DNA of 64,000 nt from Hyphochytrium catenoides (lineage: Eukaryota; Protista; Hyphochytriomycota): contig FLMG01000988.1 of assembly GCA_900088475.1 (NCBI GenBank), forward strand, positions 62,001 through 126,000, read 5' to 3'. The notes below the pieces were generated by a model, which made no database searches, was not told where the DNA came from, and saw only the letters and a program-made list of their open reading frames with translations. Of this stretch, positions 57,101 to 64,000 are shown one piece after another. Within the stretch, counting starts at the first letter, position 1, and each line of letters opens with the position of its first letter. The position numbers and the translations under genes were made by a program.

Positions 57101-59291
57101 CTTGAGAAACCTGGATACCCTGCTTCTCCACTGATAAGAGCTCCCCGCAGGCGTTGCAGTACAAGTGATTTGAAGAAAAAGGTGTATGAAAGGAAGGAAG
57201 AAAAGAGTGAATCGAAGGAACCGAGTAGAATGTTTTAAGGGAGAGAGAATGTGTTGTCCAGTCACAGCCCACAAGGTCCTTGGCCCTCTGGTACATTATG
57301 TCTAAAAATATATACCCTGCAACCCGGCAAAACACAGAGAGGCGTAAGCCTATCTGAGCGAGCTTTCACGGCCATGAGATAGATTAAGTGAGAAAACCTG
57401 ATTCCTCGAGTAAAGGTCAAGAGTAAGAAGGAGACGCAAGGGGTTGACGTGACGTAGGGAAAGAAAAGCAGGCCAAAATAAGGCGCATCATTACCGGCAT
57501 CTTCCCCATCCTCTCCCAACGTCGTGCGAAGCTTGTGCCACCTCGATAGGGCTGTGGACGGATGGAGAAGAGCTGGTAGAAGGTCGATAGCTACACTGCC
57601 CAAGCGCGTATCCGATAGCAGGTTGCTATTCCACACTTCCACCACCAGTTCGTAGGGTTGAATGCTGACTGACGACTGGATGGGAAGCTGCAGGCCCAAT
57701 GTATTCCTTTCCATGCGGCCCCAGACAGGATTTTTGCCACCCGCAATTTGAGGCTTTGTCCTAACCTTATCCAACTGACCAGGGAGGATTGAAAGGGTAA
57801 CACAGGGGTCCTGTGTGCCTATGTCCCACTTGCCCACCTAATAGAAGTTATAGTACAAAAGAGGTAAGTCAAAGGACTTAGGACTGAGCCTTGAAAATCA
57901 AGCAGATAGACAAAAGTACTTTGAGGTCCTTCGCCCTATGCGCAGTGACTATAATAGTGCCAAAGAAGGCACGATAGTCCACCTCGCGGATGGTTCGACG
58001 TGTATTCTGAGACCACGAGAGAGAGAGACTTGTCAGTATACAATGAAATACACTGGTGACTAGAGTTAGTCACATACCACAAGTAGCGGTTGACCACTAG
58101 GGCCAATAGCACGAAGAGAGAGCAGCAGGCGAGAGGAGACTACGAAACAAAGAGAGGCAAGAGAGTCATATGAAACGGAGGCAAGGTGCCCAGAAAGAGA
58201 TAGAGGTACGACGAACCTCATGTAAAACTTCCTTGTTTAGTGCCTCTATCGTCCTAGTACAAGGTGCTGCCGTGCTCGCCATCAGCTTGCAGGAGCGATG
58301 AAACTCCTTAAAGCAATGAGAGCAGCTGTAACCTACAGGATACCTTCCTTCTCGATACTGCGCTTTGTTGCCCCAGAGGTTGAAGCAGCCATAGCACAAC
58401 TCCACTGGAGCCTCCATTAGCCTTGAAAGTGAAGGTTAGTTTTAACATAACAATGTGAGTTCAAGCCAAAACATAACATTATAGCAAAGTGAGAGATAGG
58501 CAGTCAATGGAGCTTATCTTACTGATGGCCAGAGGCAGGTAAAGCAGGCAGCATAGCACTATCCCGCCTTTGTGAGTCACTCTCTTCGCTCATCCCATCT
58601 TTACTCTCTTCAGTCAGCGCCTTAGGCGCGGTAATATTCGAAACCCAGCCTCGCATGGGCACGACGGATTGAAGGTCCACCGTGTTATTTTGAAGTCTAA
58701 AAAACTCCGAGGGTTGCATAGTCTCATGAGCCGTAGAGACGGTCATTTGTTGAGAGTTAGATTCCCTCTTATGCGGACTTGATTGCCGTCGGCGTTGCAC
58801 GGTACGTAGAATGCAATAGTCACATACTCGCACCAAATAGTCAAAGCCTTCTACGACGGCGGACTGGGAGGTACACTTTGCACAAAAGATTTTGCCGCAA
58901 GCTCTGAGGATAACGAAGACATGCCAAGAAGATAAGACTTAGGGCTAATCGGGGTCACGGATTGAAAAGGCTCGAAGGTAACAGTAAAAAGAGTTGTATA
59001 GAAAGAGAAGGACAAATTGAATTCACAACGTACCAGTCAACCTGGCGATACAGATAGTTTCCGATAGGAGGATAGTTTAAGCAGCCAACGCACACCATAC
59101 CTGCAGTGGTGCCGTCGGATGAACAGGTCAAACTCCACATTGCAGGCGTTGCAGTTAGAGATATCCTTGTCATCCTGCCACTGATGGTCTGTAGGTATAG
59201 AGCCTATATTGACATCCGGATCCGAAGCCGATGAGGCGGTCTTCCTGAAAGAGCGCTGACGAAGACCTTCTGAGCCATCTAAACCGGCCAT
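51200..59291 (-). CDS. Large MCTP-like multidomain protein: FYVE, C1, C2, C1, C2, TM segment, C2-like, PRT_C TM hairpin, PH-like tail; many exons; may start further upstream at the ATG at 60077
   Basis: FYVE: WQDD...CNAC..EF.LFIRRHHCR/ACGKIFC..C...VRVCDYC. C1-like: CYGC...YSCSHC..FHRSC and CNACG...GFRCSIC..HCH..C. C2: TQDPCVTL...RTKP..GGKNPVW...VEVWN. MCTP-type segments: FSLEEMRTNLAR, WRWENKPLT + hydrophobic stretch, VQNTLG, NLFNWTHPWKT + TM, PNDKDL. Confidence 0.8.
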
Positions 59292-60266
59292 TGTCTTCTC
59301 GGGAGATATTCTTGCGCGCGAGCCACACTATGGAATATGCACCAACCCAAATGGCTCCTCGGCCTACGAACCCATAGAGTTGGATTGAGATGGATGCTAT
59401 GTTTAGCTGAAAGGCCACGCGCTGGGCAGAGTCCCTATTATTAACAAGATGCAACAATACTGACGGCGTATATATACGGCCCAGTGGGAGTAACCTCTCG
59501 TAGCGTTGTTGGATGTCCACCTCTGCTTGTCATGGCTCTCGGTTGGAGGAAGCGGGAGTGAGAACACAGAGGCACAAGGTCCTGGCCAAGGCAGAAGCGC
59601 GGCACGGGCGCTCTGCGAAGTCAAGAAGAAAACTGCTTCGCATCTTTTTGTCTTTGTTCCTCCTCCTGCCCTTCTCTGTACTTACAGAAGGATTCTGAAC
59701 TACACATACCCCTTCACCTTCAGAACCATGTAAATTCACAACCTCCCCCAAATTTAACGTTTAGACAGTGTAACAAGGGAATAAAGTTCCTACTGTAAAT
59801 TTACGGTTGGAGGACACAGCTGTCACGTTACGCTTACCTAGACTGTCAAGAAAGAAATTGGCAGTAAATGTTGGTCATTCAGTGCAAGCTGTTCAGAGCT
59901 ATCATTGTCAAATATGTGGCATTGCTTGTCAGTTCTACTGTCAAGAAAGGGTGGAGCTTGAGCCAAACCTGCAGATTTGATGGAAGAGACTTCTTCCTCA
60001 CAGATTATTGGTAAAGTCTCTGGAGCTGCCTCTCGCTTATCAGAATATGAGTCAGGATCTACTTCCACGGCTGTCATCGCAGATTAAAGACTGAAGCCTT
60101 ACGAGTCTGAAAAGTCTTACTACTCTGCAACTCCATGCGGGCTAGTCAGGGAAGAGAGTCCATCGCAGAGATGGGATATACGCGAAGCCTGAGCCCTTAG
60201 AACGAGGAGGTCCCCTACTCTAGAGCAGTATGAACTGGTTCTCGATCGAGTGCAGGTAGCCTTGAC

Positions 60267-63103
60267 ATGGCGCTTCAGATAGTTCAGCGGGCCGGTGGCC
60301 GCAGCTATCGCCGCGCCCGTAGGCTGTCGGGCAGTTTGGTCTTCCTGAGTGAGAAATTGTCTCCCTCACGCAGCTTGATTCTCACCAATACGAGACGGTC
60401 TCAGCTACTGGGCCATCGCGGCTTGGCCACCCCAGCAGCAACACAAACTCAGGCAACTACCTCCAATGCCACAGGTTCAGAAAAGACAACTCTTTCGTTT
60501 ACCAAGGACCCCGGTGCTAGCATAGACCTTCTTACTCACTGGAAAGGGATGAAATCGCTTCCGTTCGTTCAACCCGAATTCGGTAGATTGGTCAACTCGC
60601 CGGTGCCTGGCACTAGACGCTCCCTGATAGGTCTTGGACGGGCACTGATGGCGTCCGTTGCTCGTCGTGACAACGAGAAGATATATGGCTTGCTCGAGAA
60701 ATTTCGTGCGGAGGAACTGATGAAGTATTCTTGGATACAGGAAGCAGTCTGCTTCTACTTCTGTAACCAGCAGAAGGAGAGGGAAGCCGACCAACTGTTT
60801 CTAGGTTTGGAAGAGCAAGGAATTAGATGTGAGGATGGTCTTATCTCAGCCTGGCTGCTCATGAAACTTTCTCTTGGTAAAGTTGACGAGGTGGCAGTGA
60901 AGCTGAAGCACTACTTATCCCACTCTTACCAGCCTCCAATGAAAGTCTTGATGGTGGCAATCCCCGCGCTGACCAAACGCACCCACGCGCTTCCTAACGG
61001 AGAAGAACGGCGGCAGCTAGGGGACGAGCTGTTGGATCTACTAGCAAAAGGATTGGACAAGTCCCAGCTGAACAGGTAAGGAGCAAACAACACATGAGCC
61101 ACTTGAACTGGGACTTATGACCTGGACTACTTAGGATTCCCGTCCATTGCGTCTACTTTGAGTATCTATGGGCTAGGGAATTCCAACCCGCCGAAAAATT
61201 GCTGGTCAAGATGCAAGAGTGGGTTCCTATCGAACGTAGACGTAAGTTCATTAGCTCCTCCTGACCTAGGCAAGGGTGATTTGGGCTTAAGGTGTTATGT
61301 CCGTTCAATAGACTGGAATGCCCTCCTCCGATGCTACAACCGTCTGGCTCTGCCAACAGACTTCGTGACTGTGAAATCGCGGCTAGAGGACTTGGGCTTC
61401 GACTTCAAGAAAGAGAATGCGTTACCAGCCTTGGTGACGCATTATGCTGAAGAGGTAAACATTGTCCTCACTCCGTCAACAGATGCCATCTGTGCTAACA
61501 GTCTGGGCTCTTTAATCGCCTATTACGGAACAGGGCCACCTGGAAGAAGCTATTTATGTACTCAAGATGCATCCCGAGGCGAAAACCGGGGAGGTTCTCT
61601 CATTTTTTAGGGAAGCGTATGCACGGCTTGGAGAGCCCGGGCTGGTGGACGAGATTTTATGGGAAGCTGCTGCTCTCGATGGAAAGAAATATTCCGCTGC
61701 GGGGGACTTCTTGAGGGTTATCGCGGTGCATTGCACTGATGGCGACTGGCATACTGCGGTATCACTGTACGAAAAGATGAAGAGGAGGTATGGCACCACC
61801 GGAAAGCAGTCCGACGCAGGTATGTGTAGTATGACCTTCTAGGTTATTTTGAGGACCCTGTAAGTAGCCTCTACTATTCCCACCATAGATATGATCCTTG
61901 CGGCGGAGGTGGAGATGAAGGCCGCAAGAGGTGAATTCGATGCGGCGTACAAGCTGTTAGCCGAAAGCGGCTGGCCGATCCTCGTCATGCAGCAGTTTTT
62001 GAGCATCTGTCGACGGCATGGACAACCGACGTGGGCGGAGATGGCGGCTGAAAGCTACTGCAAGCAAGGCCGTAAGCTCGATGATGTCATGTGGAAGTAC
62101 TTGATGATCCTGTACATGCGGTTCGGGCAGGAGGACAAGATGATTTCGCTTGTAGACAAACTGAAGGATAAGAAATTGCCCCTCAACTATAAAACTGCGC
62201 AATTCTTAGTAAGGTTTATGTCACGTTGTGGCGAGTTTGACCGAGGTAAGATTTCCTCTATCTAATATTCATTAGCGTGATCTCTCAACCCGCGACCACA
62301 CCATACTTACCAGTCCGACCTCAGTCCTTGCTGTCATCCAGGAGTGCAAGAAGCAGGGCTTTCCCTTGCCAAGGGGAAGTCTTAACGGCTATGTTCGAGA
62401 GCGTATCGGACTTCATATAAATCCGGCAGCGGTTGCTTCTAATCTCGCTATTGTTGAGAACTTCGTGAGCAATGATTTAAAGGAAGCCGCTACGCAGGTA
62501 AGATTCTCTTCGCGGATAGCAGTACTCTGGTCTTACTGAGGATTGCTTCGCAAGCGTATGTACGAGCTCTTGATGCAGGCGGCGTGCTTTTGCAATGATT
62601 CCGTTAAGGCTCATAAACTCTATGAGAAAGTTGAGAGCTTGGGGCCACCGTCCAGGAAAAGTTTGACCTTTCTGCTAGTCCAAGACCTGCTCAACGGCGA
62701 CACGGAGGCTGCTAAGCGCTACGACCATGAGCTGTATGCGCTAGGCCTGCGCTCTCGTAACCTGATCACAAAGACTTTGTGCTTGTTCACCAAGGGTCAC
62801 GTGATGCATGGGTTTGAGAGGAATGCGGCGGACATCATCAGCTATATGGATATGTTGAAGCTCACAGCATCCAAAGCCTTCCTTCTAGAGACCGAGCTCC
62901 TGCCTTTCTTCATCATGGCTGGACGAGAGGACGACGCTGAGTTTATCAGGCAGTACGTGGCCAATGCAAACGAAGCTAAGCTTGCTCGAAGACAGCAGCA
63001 GGAGGAATGGGCTGCTTCAGGGTTAGGGCAAGGAGGTTGTCAGAACAGCCCTTTTGATAACAACCTGTGGATAGACACATATACCTCACATAATCCACAG
63101 TAA
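60267..63103 (+). CDS. Pentatricopeptide-repeat-like helical protein with a probable mitochondrial presequence, multi-exon
   Basis: Arg/Ser-rich, nearly acid-free N-terminus (MALQIVQRAGGRSYRRARRLS...RGLAT) and PPR-like helices (GDWHTAVSLYEKMKRR, LDDVMWKYLMILYMRFGQEDKMISLVDKL, YELLMQAACFCNDSVKAHKLYEKV). Confidence 0.7.
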
Positions 63104-63362
63104 ATTCTAAATGTAAAGCTGTTTATTATCTTTGCTGTCTGCTGGCAATCTGTAGGACCTGCTCTGTATGCTCCACTCAATAGAAGCATCACATGAATTG
63201 AGAGTATTTGACGGATTGTGTAGATAAGCTTATTTCACTCACTGACATTGTACAACCTGGATTGCTGACCTCAAACAATGAGAATCGACAGCAGGAGAGG
63301 CTGCGACTGTTTCCACGCTTATGAAAGCAGGGCTCTGTAGCAAGCTTGGCGCTCAGGCACCG

Positions 63363-63383
63363 CATGACTCATGACTCATGACC
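63363..63383. repeat. 7-bp micro-tandem CATGACT x3 containing two adjacent TGACTCA motifs
   Basis: CATGACTCATGACTCATGACC read directly from the sequence. Confidence 0.6.
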
Positions 63384-64000
63384 CTTGTTCTGATCAAACG
63401 GCCGGGATGGGCCTCCATGATCCATGACCAAGCGGAACTGCCTCGATATGCCTGTTGCTGACACCTAGTGCTAGGAAACTTGTCAACATTCGGAGAAGGG
63501 ATGGCTGACATATCCTTCCTCGGGCGGCTGAGTTAGGGCTTCTTGAGTGGAGGATATAGACCATCACACCTTAACATCCAGTGACTGCGATGACGAGTCA
63601 ACTGGTTCGGCCCGTGAAGCGAAGATCGCATGGTCTAATCAGGCGCTTGTCCAACACATGCACTCCCTCTTCTTCCTATTCATGGCATTCTAGTACTAAG
63701 AATGTTATCCTGTCACCCCCTGCACTAAGAGAGTTCCCTCCTTCGGCGGCGGATGATAGAGTCCCCGTGCCGCAAACCTCTCTGGAGGAGAGAAGTTCTG
63801 CCTTGAAGTTGAAGACAAGTTGGACCAGACAGGAGTCGATACCTTTGCATGATTCTACTCTAGAGACACCAGTGCAGTCCCCGGTCGCCGGAACTCCTGC
63901 GTCGGTGATTGGACGAGGGAGGAGCCTGATGATAGCCGTGGCTAAATCTGACTGGCAAGACGCGAATCGGCTGGTCCGCCGGTTCCAAAGAGATAACTTC

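Noticed and set aside
1-64000. tRNA/rRNA genes or bacterial contamination
   Set aside because: No tRNA or rRNA signatures were recognised, and the bacterial-like genes are contiguous with spliced eukaryotic housekeeping genes or contain introns themselves.

Overview
Eukaryotic nuclear DNA with roughly balanced GC content, many short GT-AG introns and two assembly gaps (23687-23725, 28756-28807). The ORF track is therefore mostly exon fragments and antisense shadows. Gene content (PX-RING, FYVE-C2 fusions, oomycete-like Pht1 transporter, R-x-L propeptide motifs) suggests a stramenopile, possibly oomycete/hyphochytrid-like; this is inference. From left to right: a giant multi-exon Ig/cadherin-like repeat protein running off the left edge (-), ATP23 (-), TRAPPC6B/Trs33 (+), then three apparently intronless minus-strand genes (a tandem double ATP-grasp ligase, a Pro-rich single-pass membrane protein with a cytoplasmic zinc ribbon, and a secreted Reeler-domain precursor). 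These are followed by SART3/Prp24 (+), eIF3a (-), two tandem alpha/beta hydrolases (+), Derlin (-), a gene-poor degenerate stretch, PX-RING (-), a phosphate-transporter pseudogene (+), a FYVE-C1-C2 MCTP-like protein (-) and a PPR-like protein (+). The strongest candidate for an undescribed system is the Reeler precursor (22713-24364). Its C-terminus is an array of 11-residue-periodic amphipathic helical peptides separated by RRNL/RRL/RKL motifs resembling diatom silaffin/silacidin processing sites. Two copies are identical in protein but differ at many synonymous sites. Exon boundaries were read by eye and no database searches were run.
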